NCBI GenBank assembly: GCA_963785725.1
Contig: CAWAWS010000016.1
Span: 256,001 to 320,000, forward strand
Length of the DNA: 64,000 nt
From: an uncultured delta proteobacterium
GTDB lineage: Bacteria > Myxococcota_A > Polyangia > Palsa-1104
Direction of reading: 5' to 3'
The translations under genes were made by a program, and so were the position numbers. Shown here piece after piece: positions 51,185 through 61,242 of this stretch. Below the pieces are notes generated by a model. It made no database searches and was not told the origin of the DNA. It saw nothing but the letters and a program-made list of their open reading frames with translations. Every line of letters begins with the position of its first letter. Position 1 is the first letter of the stretch.

Positions 51185-51903
51185 ACTTCGGCGAGGCGCG
51201 CTCGGAGCTGGTCCGGCACGCGCGCCAACTGGAGGAGCTGGTCAAGGCGCGCCTCGAGGTCGACGTGCCCGGCCTCGTCGCCGGCGTGCGCGCGCGCGTC
51301 GAGACGCGGCTGCATCTGCAGCCGATTCCCGTCGACAACGATCTCGCCGACAAGCCGGGGCCGCTCAAGCTCGGTCACGTGCGCACGCTCGCTTGGGAAT
51401 GCCCGGAGGCGCGCAAAATCGTGCTGTCGCAAGTTGCAATGCGACCGCTCCTCGAGGGGCTGGCGCTCGTCATTCATCCGGCGGCCAATCGCGCGGCGCC
51501 GATCTTCGCCTGCGATCTGATGGCGCTGCCGACGCGTATCTCGGTGCATGCGGACGTATATGGCGACCCGGCGCGCACGCGCGGCGTCTTCGATGCGCTC
51601 GGTGAGAGCTTCGGCCGCTTGCGCTCACAGTCGGGCCCGGCGTGGGCGCAGCCGATCGGATCGGGGCGCGGCCTGCACGCGCGCGCCAGCTTGCGGCTCG
51701 TCGACGATGTCTTCGCCGCGCTCACGTCTGCGCTCGGTGTCTACCTCGATGTCCTTACGGCCGCGCCCGTGACCGAGAGCAACGAAGCGGCCGACAAGAG
51801 CTTCTTCGAGGCTTTTCACGCGCACGGCCCGCGTCGCGGGCCACTTGGCCATGTGCTCGGATCTGCTTGGGCTGAGCGTTATAGTCGTTTGATTTTTGAG
51901 TAA
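51181..51903 (+). CDS. Ferredoxin-dependent bilin reductase-like protein
   Basis: GTGA overlap with bcp; VIHP...APIFACDL and LGSAWAERYSRLIF resemble PcyA/PebAB/RCCR motifs. Confidence 0.55.
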   Translation: MNFGEARSELVRHARQLEELVKARLEVDVPGLVAGVRARVETRLHLQPIPVDNDLADKPGPLKLGHVRTLAWECPEARKIVLSQVAMRPLLEGLALVIHPAANRAAPIFACDLMALPTRISVHADVYGDPARTRGVFDALGESFGRLRSQSGPAWAQPIGSGRGLHARASLRLVDDVFAALTSALGVYLDVLTAAPVTESNEAADKSFFEAFHAHGPRRGPLGHVLGSAWAERYSRLIFE

Positions 51904-51982
51904 GGGCGCGTAACCTACTTGCACAGGCGTGCGCGCTGGTCTATGGTCTGACCGCTTCGCGCCCGAGGGAGGATTTCGGAAA

Positions 51983-52660
51983 ATGCGGATCTTGCGCGCG
52001 CGTTACCGCAACGGCGAGGAGTTCCTCCGGCATCATCAACCGTCGCTGCCGGGCGGAGGTATCTTCTTTCCCACACGAGAAGCCATTCCACTCGGCGAGG
52101 CCGTGCTCGTCGAGCTGCGCTTCCCCGAGCTCTGCAACAAACAGCTCCTCCGCGGCTTCATCGCGTGGCGGCGAGCGGGCAAGCATCGCACCAAGCTGCG
52201 CGCCGGTCTGGGCATCGAGTTCCTGCCCGCCGAGGCGAAGCGTCGCGACTTTTGTATCGCCGTCGCCAAAGGGGAGATTGTGGAGATGATCACTCGCCGG
52301 CACCGTCGCTTGCCCGTGACGTTGACTGCAGATTGGCGTGTCGTCCTCGATCGCGAGCAGCACCACAGCCACATCGAGGACATCGGGCCCGGCGGTGCGT
52401 TCTTGCGCACCACGGAGTTCCTGCCGCCCGGCACCGAGATCGTGCTCGACGTGACGCCGCCCGGCAGCCTGCGGCCGCTCGAGATCGCCGGTCGCGTCGC
52501 CTGGACGCGTCACACCGAGGGCGAAGAGGGCATCGGCATCGAGTTCAAGACGCGCGACGCCGGCGGCACGCGCCGCTTGAAGGAGCTCGTGCGCCGCTTG
52601 GAGATGCTCGAGGCCGAGAACGCCATCGACAGCTCCGACGACGTCGCCGAGCTCGCCTAA
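51983..52660 (+). CDS. Tandem PilZ-domain protein
   Basis: GGIFFPT...GLGIEF; RRHRR, DIGPGGAFL, GRVAW...GIGIEF. Confidence 0.85.
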   Translation: MRILRARYRNGEEFLRHHQPSLPGGGIFFPTREAIPLGEAVLVELRFPELCNKQLLRGFIAWRRAGKHRTKLRAGLGIEFLPAEAKRRDFCIAVAKGEIVEMITRRHRRLPVTLTADWRVVLDREQHHSHIEDIGPGGAFLRTTEFLPPGTEIVLDVTPPGSLRPLEIAGRVAWTRHTEGEEGIGIEFKTRDAGGTRRLKELVRRLEMLEAENAIDSSDDVAELA

Positions 52661-52719
52661 CCCGCCTTCATCCGCCTCTTTTTCACGGGGCTTCGGTCAT
52701 CGCTAAATGCAGGGAAGCC

Positions 52720-52748
52720 TTGACAGCCGACGGCTGTGGCGGCAACCT
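52720..52748 (+). promoter_or_regulatory. sigma70-type promoter with overlapping palindrome
   Basis: TTGACA at 52720, weak -10 CAACCT 17 nt later; ACAGCCG-A-CGGCTGT at 52723-52737. Confidence 0.5.
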
Positions 52749-52774
52749 GCCTGCCTTCACCAGGAGAGAACACG

Positions 52775-52933
52775 ATGGGTCTCGGAGACAATCGCTGCTC
52801 GCCCAAGATGCGGCGTAAGCATGCGCAGAAGAAGTTGAAGCAGCGGATCAAGAATCGTCGCGCCCGCGCCGCCACCGAGCGCGCCTCGGTCAAGGGTGCC
52901 ACGACGACGAAGAGCAAGAAGTCGTCGAAGTAG
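52775..52933 (+). CDS. 52-aa highly basic protein
   Basis: AGGAGAG RBS; MGLGDNRCSPKMRRKHAQKKLKQRIKNRR...; own promoter and terminator. Confidence 0.7.
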   Translation: MGLGDNRCSPKMRRKHAQKKLKQRIKNRRARAATERASVKGATTTKSKKSSK

Positions 52934-52983
52934 CTCGTTGGCGACGGCCGGTACGGCGTCGCCCGCGTCACTGCGGTCGCTTC

Positions 52984-53009
52984 GAGGTTCCCCTTCGGGG
53001 GACCTCTTT
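52984..53009 (+). terminator. cUUCGg-capped terminator hairpin
   Basis: GAGGTTCCCC-TTCG-GGGGACCTC-TTT. Confidence 0.65.
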
Positions 53010-53051
53010 CGCGGTCTCGCCGTTTTCGATCGTTCGAAGCTTTAGTGTCGT

Positions 53052-53957
53052 CTAGTTTTGCGTGAACGGCAGCGTGGTCACCGTCGCGCGCCGTCCTTCG
53101 CCGAGCGTCAGCTCGGTTCCCGGATCCCACAGCGTGCGATGGACGTAGGCGAGCGCGATGGCGCGGCCGAACCGCTGCGAGCGAATCGACGACGTCACGA
53201 ACCCGGCATCGGGTCGCGACGGCGACGACAGCTTGTCCTGCGGCGCCGCCGGCAGCTCGCCATCGAGCCATAACCCGACGAGCTTGCGGTTGATGTGGCC
53301 GAGGTTCGTCGCGCGCGCGATCACCTCTTGGCCGAGGTAGCAGCCCTTGGTGAAGCTGACGGCGTCGGCGATGCCGGCTTCGATGGGCAGGCGATCTTCG
53401 CCCATGTCGACGCCATAGCGCGGCGTGCCGGCTTCGATGCGCAGGGCTTCGTAGTCGTCGGCCGAGAGCGGCTTGCCTTCGACGGTCGCGATGTCGGCGC
53501 CGAACACGTGGAATCCGTCGAGGCCGAGCTCCGGCGTGCGCGCGACCCGCTTGCCGTCGACGACCACGGACGCGTAATTGGGCAGCGCCGTCAGCGTTCG
53601 CGGATCGACGCCGAGCCCGGCGCCGATGACGCCCGCCGCTTCGTCGCCGTAAAAGCCGGTGACGCTGGCGTCGCTGACGTCGGCGAACTCGACGTCGTCC
53701 ATAACGATATGCTTGTCGAGCACGGTCTTGATCTTGTCGCGCAGCGCGAAATCGAGCACCAGCGTCAGCGACTCGGCGTCGGCGAAGATGACGAGATCGG
53801 CGAGCATCTTGCCCTTCGTCGTCAGCATGGCCGCGTGACAGCCCTGCCCCGCTGCGAGCGCCTCGACGTCGTTGGTGACCATGCCGTGGAGGAAGCGCAC
53901 GCGATCTTCGCCCGTCAGGACGAGCTGAGCGCGTTGCAGCGCGCGGACGAGGAGCAT
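53052..53957 (-). CDS. ygfZ: YgfZ/GcvT-family folate-binding protein
   Basis: GEDRVRFLHGMVTNDV, KGCYLGQE signature. Confidence 0.9.
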   Translation of the reverse strand: MLLVRALQRAQLVLTGEDRVRFLHGMVTNDVEALAAGQGCHAAMLTTKGKMLADLVIFADAESLTLVLDFALRDKIKTVLDKHIVMDDVEFADVSDASVTGFYGDEAAGVIGAGLGVDPRTLTALPNYASVVVDGKRVARTPELGLDGFHVFGADIATVEGKPLSADDYEALRIEAGTPRYGVDMGEDRLPIEAGIADAVSFTKGCYLGQEVIARATNLGHINRKLVGLWLDGELPAAPQDKLSSPSRPDAGFVTSSIRSQRFGRAIALAYVHRTLWDPGTELTLGEGRRATVTTLPFTQN

Positions 53958-53971
53958 CTCGGAAACGTAAG

Positions 53972-54469
53972 TCAGTGGCCGCGTGCGCGCAAGGCGAGTC
54001 GGTGCGCGCGGCGCGCTTCGGCGTCGGCGAAGCGGCGCCGATCGTCGTCGTTCTCGAGCACGAGCGGCGGAATCGGGCGCGCTTTGGCGGCCGCGCCAAT
54101 GACGACGCCTTCGATGGCCACGAAGGTCAAGTAGGCCTTGGTCGTGTAGCGGCGCGTGCGATCTTTGGGGTTCTCGGCTTCGACGCGAACGCCGATCTCC
54201 ATCGACGTCCGGCCGACATAGTTGACCTGCGCGCGTAGGACGACGATCTCGCCGAGGTGGATAGGCGTCAGGAATTGCAAGGCGTCGATGGATGCGGTGA
54301 CGACCTGGCCGCCCGAATGACGCATGCCGGCGACGGAAGCGGCGATGTCGATCCACTGCATGACCTTGCCGCCGAAGATGGTGCCGAGCGCGTTGGTGTC
54401 GCCCGGCAGCACGATCTCGGTCATCTCCACGCGCGACGCCGTCGGCGTCCTTCCGGTGAGGTCACTCAC
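53972..54469 (-). CDS. Acyl-CoA thioesterase (hotdog fold)
   Basis: PGDTNALGTIFGG, VTASID, VGRTSMEIGV. Confidence 0.92.
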   Translation of the reverse strand: MSDLTGRTPTASRVEMTEIVLPGDTNALGTIFGGKVMQWIDIAASVAGMRHSGGQVVTASIDALQFLTPIHLGEIVVLRAQVNYVGRTSMEIGVRVEAENPKDRTRRYTTKAYLTFVAIEGVVIGAAAKARPIPPLVLENDDDRRRFADAEARRAHRLALRARGH

Positions 54470-54545
54470 CGACGCACCATCAGGGAGCAAGCCGTCGACC
54501 CGCGGGTGATGCAGGCCACGCTCGCCTTCGCTCGCTCGACCGCGC

Positions 54546-54740
54546 TCATGGCTTATCGCGGAACAAGGCCGCCTTCAGCTCGGAGAGGCGGGCGCGCTCG
54601 TCGCTCGTCAGCGCCGGATGCTTGGCGGCGAGTGCAACGTATTCGGCGTGCAGCGCGTCAAAATCGGCACTGCTGAGCTTGGGCTCGCCTTGCCGCGCAA
54701 AGTAGGAATGGAGCTCTAGATATTCGTGATAGCCCTTCAC
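54546..54740 (-). CDS. 64-aa hypothetical helical protein
   Basis: GTG start overlaps upstream stop (GTGA); natural composition YHEYLELHSYF... Confidence 0.55.
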   Translation of the reverse strand: MKGYHEYLELHSYFARQGEPKLSSADFDALHAEYVALAAKHPALTSDERARLSELKAALFRDKP

Positions 54741-54940
54741 CCGCCGCAGAGTAGCGCAAGGACGGCCCCAAAGGCACTGCCGGCGATGCAGGCGCCGCCG
54801 AGCCAGGCCGTGGCGCGCTTGACGTCCGGCGAGAGTCGCCAGCGCTTGACGCTCGGCGGGTGGCTCGGGCAATCGCCGAAGCAGTCATGATGGCGACAAC
54901 GGAGACAGATGACTTTGCCGAGTGCGATCTGAGCGCCCAT
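54737..54940 (-). CDS. 67-aa Cys-rich protein with C-terminal TM
   Basis: CLRCRHHDCFGDC then a hydrophobic helix; sigma54-like box just upstream. Confidence 0.45.
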   Translation of the reverse strand: MGAQIALGKVICLRCRHHDCFGDCPSHPPSVKRWRLSPDVKRATAWLGGACIAGSAFGAVLALLCGG

Positions 54941-54952
54941 GCATCGCGGTTG

Positions 54953-54968
54953 AGCAACGCGCGTGCCG
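54953..54968 (-). promoter_or_regulatory. Candidate sigma54 promoter
   Basis: CGGCACG-CGCG-TTGCT on minus strand. Confidence 0.55.
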
Positions 54969-55034
54969 CATGGTAAGAGGGCCCAAGCTGCACGTCCGGC
55001 CGCGTCTCACCCAGGTCCACAGCAGCGACGGAAA

Positions 55035-56480
55035 ATGAGTTCCCCCGAGTCACGACTGTTACTCCCACGACGACGAACCCGCGTTCTCTTGGCGCTGGGG
55101 ACGCTGCTCCTCGGCGCGGGGTGGTCGCGCCCTGCCGCGGCGCGGCGCTACACGCTGGCGGAGCTGATCGCGCGTGTCAACGCGCATTACCCGGGCGTCG
55201 AAGCGGCGCGCGCCGGCGTCGAAGTGGCCAAGGCGCAGCTGTCGCAAGCCAATCGGCTGTGGTTTCCGAGCGGGCAGCTGTCGTTCGCCATCACGGGCTC
55301 GCCCGACATTCGCTGCGCCGGCGCCAACGGCGTCGTCAACGACGCGCTGACGCAAAAGGAGCGCGAGCAGAACTGCGTCTCGACGACCGCAAACGCCAGC
55401 TTGACCAACACCAGCGACATCCTGAAGACGCTGCCTTTTCACGGCGTGGCGTTGAACTTGGGCGTGACGCTCACGCAGCCGCTGTACACGTTCGGCAAGA
55501 TCGAGAGCGCGCAGCACCTGGCGCACGCCGGCGTCGACGTGGCCAACGCGCAGGTGGAAAAAGATCGCGCCGACATCACGTTCAACATCACGAAGGCCTA
55601 TTGGGGCTTGAAGTGGGCGCGCGCGGCGTTCGGCACGCTCGACGACGGCGCCGGTCGCCTGCGCGGCTGGGTCAAGCGCATGAACGACGACATCGACAAG
55701 GGCAAGTCGACCTATACCGAGAACGACTTAGCGCGCCTCAAGATCGCGCTCGATGCCGCCGAACTGGCCGAGCTCGACGTCGACAAGGCGCAGCAGGTGG
55801 CGCTGGTCGCGGTGCGCACGCTGAGCGGCGACGGCGACGCCGACATCGACGACGACGAGCTCGACGTCGCCGACTTGCAGGAGCAGCCGGTCAGCTTCTA
55901 CGAAGACGCGGCGGTCGTGCATCGACCCGAGGCGCGCATGCTGGCGGCGGGCTTGAAGGCGGCGCACGCGAGCGTGCAGCTGCAGCGTGCCAGCTTGACG
56001 CCCGATCTCGGCCTCTTGTTCGGCTTCAGCTACGGCTACGCCGAGTCGGTCGACGATCCGCAGAACGCGTTCATGAGCCATCCCAACAACCTCGGCGCCA
56101 GCATCGCGCTCGGCCTGCGTTACGATCTCGGCATCGCGCAGAAGCTGGCGACGATCCACAAAGCGCACGCCGACGAGCGGCTCTTGCAGGCGCGACGGCA
56201 GCAGGCGCTCGGCGGCATCACCGTCGAGATCGAGACGGCGTGGCAAGAGACGCGGGCGGCGCGCAAGCGATCGGACCTCTTGGCGCATTCGGAGAAGGTG
56301 GCGCGCGGCTGGTACAACGCCGTCGATCAGAACATGCAGCTCGGTGTGGCCGAGGCGCGCGACCTCGTGGATGCGGCGCGCGGCTACTTCGAGTTGCGCT
56401 TGCGCCACTTGCAATCGATCATGGACGTCAACTTGGCCATCGCCGGCTTGAAGCAGGCGGCGGGCACCCTCGTCCAATAG
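55035..56480 (+). CDS. TolC-family outer membrane protein
   Basis: Signal peptide; LTQPLYTFGKI, RPEARML, two helical OEP repeats. Confidence 0.88.
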   Translation: MSSPESRLLLPRRRTRVLLALGTLLLGAGWSRPAAARRYTLAELIARVNAHYPGVEAARAGVEVAKAQLSQANRLWFPSGQLSFAITGSPDIRCAGANGVVNDALTQKEREQNCVSTTANASLTNTSDILKTLPFHGVALNLGVTLTQPLYTFGKIESAQHLAHAGVDVANAQVEKDRADITFNITKAYWGLKWARAAFGTLDDGAGRLRGWVKRMNDDIDKGKSTYTENDLARLKIALDAAELAELDVDKAQQVALVAVRTLSGDGDADIDDDELDVADLQEQPVSFYEDAAVVHRPEARMLAAGLKAAHASVQLQRASLTPDLGLLFGFSYGYAESVDDPQNAFMSHPNNLGASIALGLRYDLGIAQKLATIHKAHADERLLQARRQQALGGITVEIETAWQETRAARKRSDLLAHSEKVARGWYNAVDQNMQLGVAEARDLVDAARGYFELRLRHLQSIMDVNLAIAGLKQAAGTLVQ

Positions 56481-56504
56481 CTGAACCGGCGAATAGCTGC
56501 TTAG

Positions 56505-57119
56505 ATGATGGAGACGATGCGGAATCTGACGATCGCGATGACTGTGCTCCTGTTGCCGCTCACGGCCGTCGCGGCGCCGGCGACGGCGCTGTCGACGTTG
56601 AAGGCCAAGAACGGCGAGGTCGACCGCCTCTTGCACAACAAAGTCGAGAAGGGCTCGCCCGAGGAGGCCAAGCAGAAGGCCGACATCAAGGCGATGGCCG
56701 GCGGGCTGCTCGACTACGATGAGCTGGCCAAGCGCTCGCTGGCCGGCCATTGGGACAAGCTGACGACGGCGCAGCGGACCGAGTTCGTGGCGACGTTCCG
56801 CGAGCTCATCGAGCGCAACTACGTCAAGCAGCTGCGCTCGAACTTGGATTACCAGGTGCAGTACAAGAGCGAGCAGAACGACGGCGACGACACGACGGTG
56901 ACGACCATCGTCAAGGTCAAGTCGGCGGGCAAGAACACCGACGCCGAGATCGTCTACAAGATGCACAAGGTCGGGCCCGAGTGGCGGGTTTGGGACGTCA
57001 TCACCGACGAGGTCCCGTTGACGCGTAACTACAAGACGCAGTTCAACAAGATCATCACCGAGCAGTCGTATGACGCGCTCATCAAGAAGATGAAGACGAA
57101 GTTGGAGGAGAAGAACTGA
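56505..57119 (+). CDS. MlaC/Ttg2D/HpnM-family lipid-binding periplasmic protein
   Basis: DYDELAKRSLAGHW...QRTEFVATF...Y; WRVWDV...NYKTQFNKII. Confidence 0.9.
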   Translation: MMETMRNLTIAMTVLLLPLTAVAAPATALSTLKAKNGEVDRLLHNKVEKGSPEEAKQKADIKAMAGGLLDYDELAKRSLAGHWDKLTTAQRTEFVATFRELIERNYVKQLRSNLDYQVQYKSEQNDGDDTTVTTIVKVKSAGKNTDAEIVYKMHKVGPEWRVWDVITDEVPLTRNYKTQFNKIITEQSYDALIKKMKTKLEEKN

Positions 57120-57121
57120 GC

Positions 57122-58642
57122 GTGCGCCGGGCAGCGCTGGTCGTCGCGTTGGTGGTGGCGGGCTGCACCGAGACGCATTGGACGGCGCTGCCCTTCCCCA
57201 TCCCGCTGACGCTGTCGGGTGACGGCGGTGGGCTCATGGGCGCCGGGACATTCTTCACCGATCCGACGATCTTGCCGACGGTCATCGACACCGGCACCGT
57301 GCTCACGACCTACGACGACGGCTCGCAAGCGACCAAGGCGCCGACGGGCGAGCTCACGATCTTCGGCGTCTCCGCCGGCGTCGACATCCCGCGCGTGCAC
57401 ATCACCGACGTGCAATTCTTCGAGGCGCCGCTGGGCTCGCTCGGCGTCGGCGACAGCGCGACCAAAGTGGGCGCCATCTTCGCCGGCGACAACCTGTCGC
57501 GCTTCGCCGCGTCGTTCGACTATCGCGGCGCGACGCCGACGATGACGCTGATGGCGAACCTGCAGCCCTGCAGCTGCGAATTCCAGCCGCAGCCGGGCGC
57601 GCCCCAGTGCGCGGCGGGCGGGTCGTTCGACTGCTCGGCCGACATCGCGTTCTCGCTGGCGGGCGGGCAGAACAGCGCGCTGCAGAGCCAGACGCGGGTC
57701 ATCGTCGGCAATAATCAGTACACCTATCCGCCGACGCGCGTCCTCATCGACACCTGCGTCGAGCCTTATCCCGATCCGCTGACGACGGTGGTGCCGGGCA
57801 ACACCGATTACGCCGTGTGCTCGACCGAGAGCGCGGTCTGTCCGTCGGCGCCCTACTTGCCGTCGGGCGTCGATGCGCACATGCTGGTGGCGAGCGGCTT
57901 TCCCGGCCTGGCGCTGTCGGCGGGCGCCTACGATCGACTGCGCGGCGCCGGCGCGGCCGAGGCGCTCTTGGCCGGCACGACGGTGACGCTGCATCTGCCC
58001 GACGCCGCCGACGGCACGGGCGTGCAAGCGGCGCTGACGACGCTGGGCACGGCGCCGAGCGAGGAGAACCCGGGCGCGGCGGCGTTGGCGCTGGTCTCGC
58101 ATGAATATTATTTCGGGCCGTGCGCGCTGTTGGCGCGCAGCCGGCGCATTCGTCGCGCCAACACCGTCGCCGCCGAGAAGACGCCGTGTCTGCTCGGCCC
58201 GCAGCACGAGTGCGAACAAGGGGGGCAAATGCAGCCCGATCCGTACAGCGCCGCTTGTGAGAACGCGACCGGCAACCCGAAGTGCGACGACAACAACGCC
58301 GACACGCCGACGCCGGCCGTCATCGAGCTGGCGCCGACCATCCCCGTGTACGTCATCAGCGATACGTCGCCGCTGTTCTTGGGGATCAACGCCGACGTGC
58401 GGCCGGCGGAAGCGACGGTCGAAGGCGTCATCGGCACCGAGGTGCTGCAGCGCCTCGTGACGACGGTCGACTATCCCGGCAATCGCTTCGTGGCGCGCTG
58501 CGCGTCCGACGACAACTGCAAGGCCTATCCGCGGCTGTCGCTGCCCGACCTCGTGCGCAACGCCTGCGACAACTTCTGCCACGGCGCGCCGGCGATGAAG
58601 GATTGCGCGCCGGGGTTGGCCGCGTGCGCGGTGGCCCAATGA
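57122..58642 (+). CDS. Cys-rich lipoprotein with clan AA aspartic-protease-like lobes
   Basis: Lipobox VVAGC; VIDTG...GAIFAGDNLSRF; LVASG...GVIGTEVLQRLVTTVDY. Confidence 0.55.
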   Translation: MRRAALVVALVVAGCTETHWTALPFPIPLTLSGDGGGLMGAGTFFTDPTILPTVIDTGTVLTTYDDGSQATKAPTGELTIFGVSAGVDIPRVHITDVQFFEAPLGSLGVGDSATKVGAIFAGDNLSRFAASFDYRGATPTMTLMANLQPCSCEFQPQPGAPQCAAGGSFDCSADIAFSLAGGQNSALQSQTRVIVGNNQYTYPPTRVLIDTCVEPYPDPLTTVVPGNTDYAVCSTESAVCPSAPYLPSGVDAHMLVASGFPGLALSAGAYDRLRGAGAAEALLAGTTVTLHLPDAADGTGVQAALTTLGTAPSEENPGAAALALVSHEYYFGPCALLARSRRIRRANTVAAEKTPCLLGPQHECEQGGQMQPDPYSAACENATGNPKCDDNNADTPTPAVIELAPTIPVYVISDTSPLFLGINADVRPAEATVEGVIGTEVLQRLVTTVDYPGNRFVARCASDDNCKAYPRLSLPDLVRNACDNFCHGAPAMKDCAPGLAACAVAQ

Positions 58643-60553
58643 CGCCGCCGACGCCGGCCGTCCCGCTGCGTCGTCGCTTCGCCATCGGCGCCAACTATTG
58701 GTCGCGCGCGGGCGGGCCGCGCATGTGGTCGCGCTTCGACGCGGCGGCGATTCGCGACGAGCTCGCACAGCTGAAGCAGATCGGGCTCGACAGCTTGCGC
58801 ATGTTCGCCTTCGCGCCCGACTTCATGCCGTCGCCGCCGGCGATCGACGCGACGATGCTGCAGCGACTGCACGAGTTCGGCGTGCTGGCGGAGACGGCGG
58901 GGATCGAATCTGTGGCCGACGCCTCTGGTCGGCCATATGTCGGGCGAGAACTTCGACTTCGCCGGCCAAAACGCCAACGGCGACAATCGCTCGCTCTATC
59001 GCGACGCCGAGCTGCTCGACTGGCAAGAGGCGCTGGTGCGCGCGGTCGTGCAGGCGCTGGCGGCGCGGCCCAACATCGGCGGCTGGATTCTGACGAACGA
59101 GTTTCCACTGTGGGCGGGCGTGCCGGTCGCGGGCGAGGCCGAGGCGTGGGCGCAGCGGCTCGTCGCCGCCGTGCGCAGCCTCGACGCGACGCGGCCGGTC
59201 GGCACCGGCGACGGCTGCATGGCCGGCTGGCCGACGGCGCAGCTGGCGGCGACGGTCGACTACATCGGCCCGCATTTCTATTACGGCGACATCGATCCGC
59301 TGCGCCAGGCGTGGAACAGCGACTTCGTGCTGCGCACGATGCAAGGCATCGGGCAGGCGGCGAATCGGCCGGTGCTGCTCGAAGAATTCGGCGGCTCGGC
59401 GACGCAAGTGGGCGAAGTCGAGCACGCCGCTTACGTGCGCGAAGTGATGCTGGCGGCGTTCGGCTGCGGCGCGGCCGGCGCCTTCGTGTGGTGCGCGAGC
59501 GACTTCGATCGGCAGACGCTGGGGCTCGAAATTCCCTACTCGCACCACGCGTTCGAGCTCGGCTTCGGCCTCTTGCGCGCCGACGGCAGCGAGAAGCCGG
59601 CCTGTCAGGAGACGCGCGCGCTGCGCCAGCTCGTCGACGGTCTGGGCGACGCCGGCTGGACCCGTCCGCGCGCCAAAGCGGCGCTCTTGCGCAGCGACTG
59701 GCAGACGCAGTCGTTCCCGTTCTCGTGGGAGGACAAAGGCGGCCTCCGGCGCACGCTCTTGCAGTCGTACGTTCTGGCGGCGCAGGCGGGGCTCGACGTC
59801 GACGTCATCGGCGAAGACGACCCGCTCGACGGCTACGCGCTCGTGCTCGTGCCCGCGACGCAAAAGCTGCGCGTTCCGACGTGGCACAAGCTGGAGGCGG
59901 CCGCCCGCGCCGGCGCGACCATCTATTGGTCCTATTTCTCGGGCGAGAACGAGTTTCACGAGGGCGCCTGGTGCTCCAACTTCGAGGCGCTGACGGGGCT
60001 GCGTCATCGGCTGCGCTACGGCTGCTTCGATCTGCCGGGTGAGCGCGTCGTCTTCAAAGGCGAGGTCGCGCTGTCGTTGCCGACGGGCGAGGCGACCTCG
60101 GCGCGGCCGCAGTCGTTGTCGCGCCTGCCGGTCGAGGTCGCGCCCGGCGCCGCCGTCGAGACGATGGCCGTCGACGGCGCGGGCCGGCTGGCGCTGACCG
60201 AGCATCGGCTGGGCCAAGGCCGCGTCATCTTCTGCGCCTATCCGATCGAGCGTTACTTGATGGAGCGCGCCGACGGCTCGACGCGCGACGTGCATCGCCT
60301 CTATCGCCTGCTCGCCGACGAAGCCGGCATCGAAGCGGCCTACGCGACGCACCATTCCGACGTGCAGTCGCGCGTTCTGCACGTCGGAACGGACGATGTG
60401 GTCATCGTGCAGCATCGCGGCTGGAGCGCGGCCGTCGACGACGCCAGCGAGATCCCGCGCGACGCCGAGCTGCTCTACGACCGCGGCAACCCGGCGCCGA
60501 ACGCGTTCGGGCCCAAAGGCGCGCGCGTCTACCGCGTCCGCAACGTCCGCTGA
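58639..60553 (+). CDS. GH5-type beta-mannosidase-like hydrolase, frameshifted near 58914
   Basis: GANYWSRAGGPRMW; removing one G restores PTPLVGHMSGENF; ILTNEF, LLEEFG, PYSHHAFELGFGL. Confidence 0.8.
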
Positions 60554-60554
60554 A

Positions 60555-61088
60555 TCAGAGCTTGAGCGCGGCGCAGGGCGCGGTGTCGAACGTGCCGGTC
60601 ACGTGGTCGGCGCCGAAGGTCAAATCGAAGCTGCCGACGTAGTGGCCGCTGGCGACGCCGGTGAGCGTGACTTTGCCGGCCGTGGCCACCGATTCGGTCT
60701 TGTCGGCCGTCGAGGCGCCGACGGCGACATAATTCGCGCCGGCCAGCTGCCCGGTCATCGTCGCGTCGGTGGCGATGACGTAGTCGCCCGAGTGCGCCGG
60801 CGCGACCGTGTTGCCGCTCATGTCGGCTTCGAAGAGGTCGAACGTGAGCGCCTGCGCGTTCGTCGTGTCGTTGTCGGCGTCGATGTTTCCGCACAGGTTG
60901 CCGAGGTCGCTGATGACGACGAGCGCCGACACCGACTGCCCGCTGCCCGACGTATTGGCGACGGCGTTGGCGCTGGCGAAGCGCTTGCCGGCGATGGTCC
61001 CGGTGACGGCGGCGCTGCCGTCCGACGGGCCGCCGCAGCCGCTGACGAAGATCATGGGAACGCAGGCCATGAGAAAGCAGATCCGCAT
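60555..61088 (-). CDS. Hypothetical lipoprotein
   Basis: AAGGAG RBS; lipobox FVSGC; beta-rich GSFDLTF...GTFD..C. Confidence 0.7.
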   Translation of the reverse strand: MRICFLMACVPMIFVSGCGGPSDGSAAVTGTIAGKRFASANAVANTSGSGQSVSALVVISDLGNLCGNIDADNDTTNAQALTFDLFEADMSGNTVAPAHSGDYVIATDATMTGQLAGANYVAVGASTADKTESVATAGKVTLTGVASGHYVGSFDLTFGADHVTGTFDTAPCAALKL

Positions 61089-61242
61089 CTCGTCTCCTTG
61101 ACGGTGAAAGGACGACGGGCGCCTTCGCACGACGCGTGCCGGCCGCTCGGCGACGCCATTTCGCGAACCTAGGCTGGATTGGCGCGCCCAAAACCGGACA
61201 GCTTTGTCGTGTTGGCCGTCGCGAAAAGGGAGACGCGAACGA

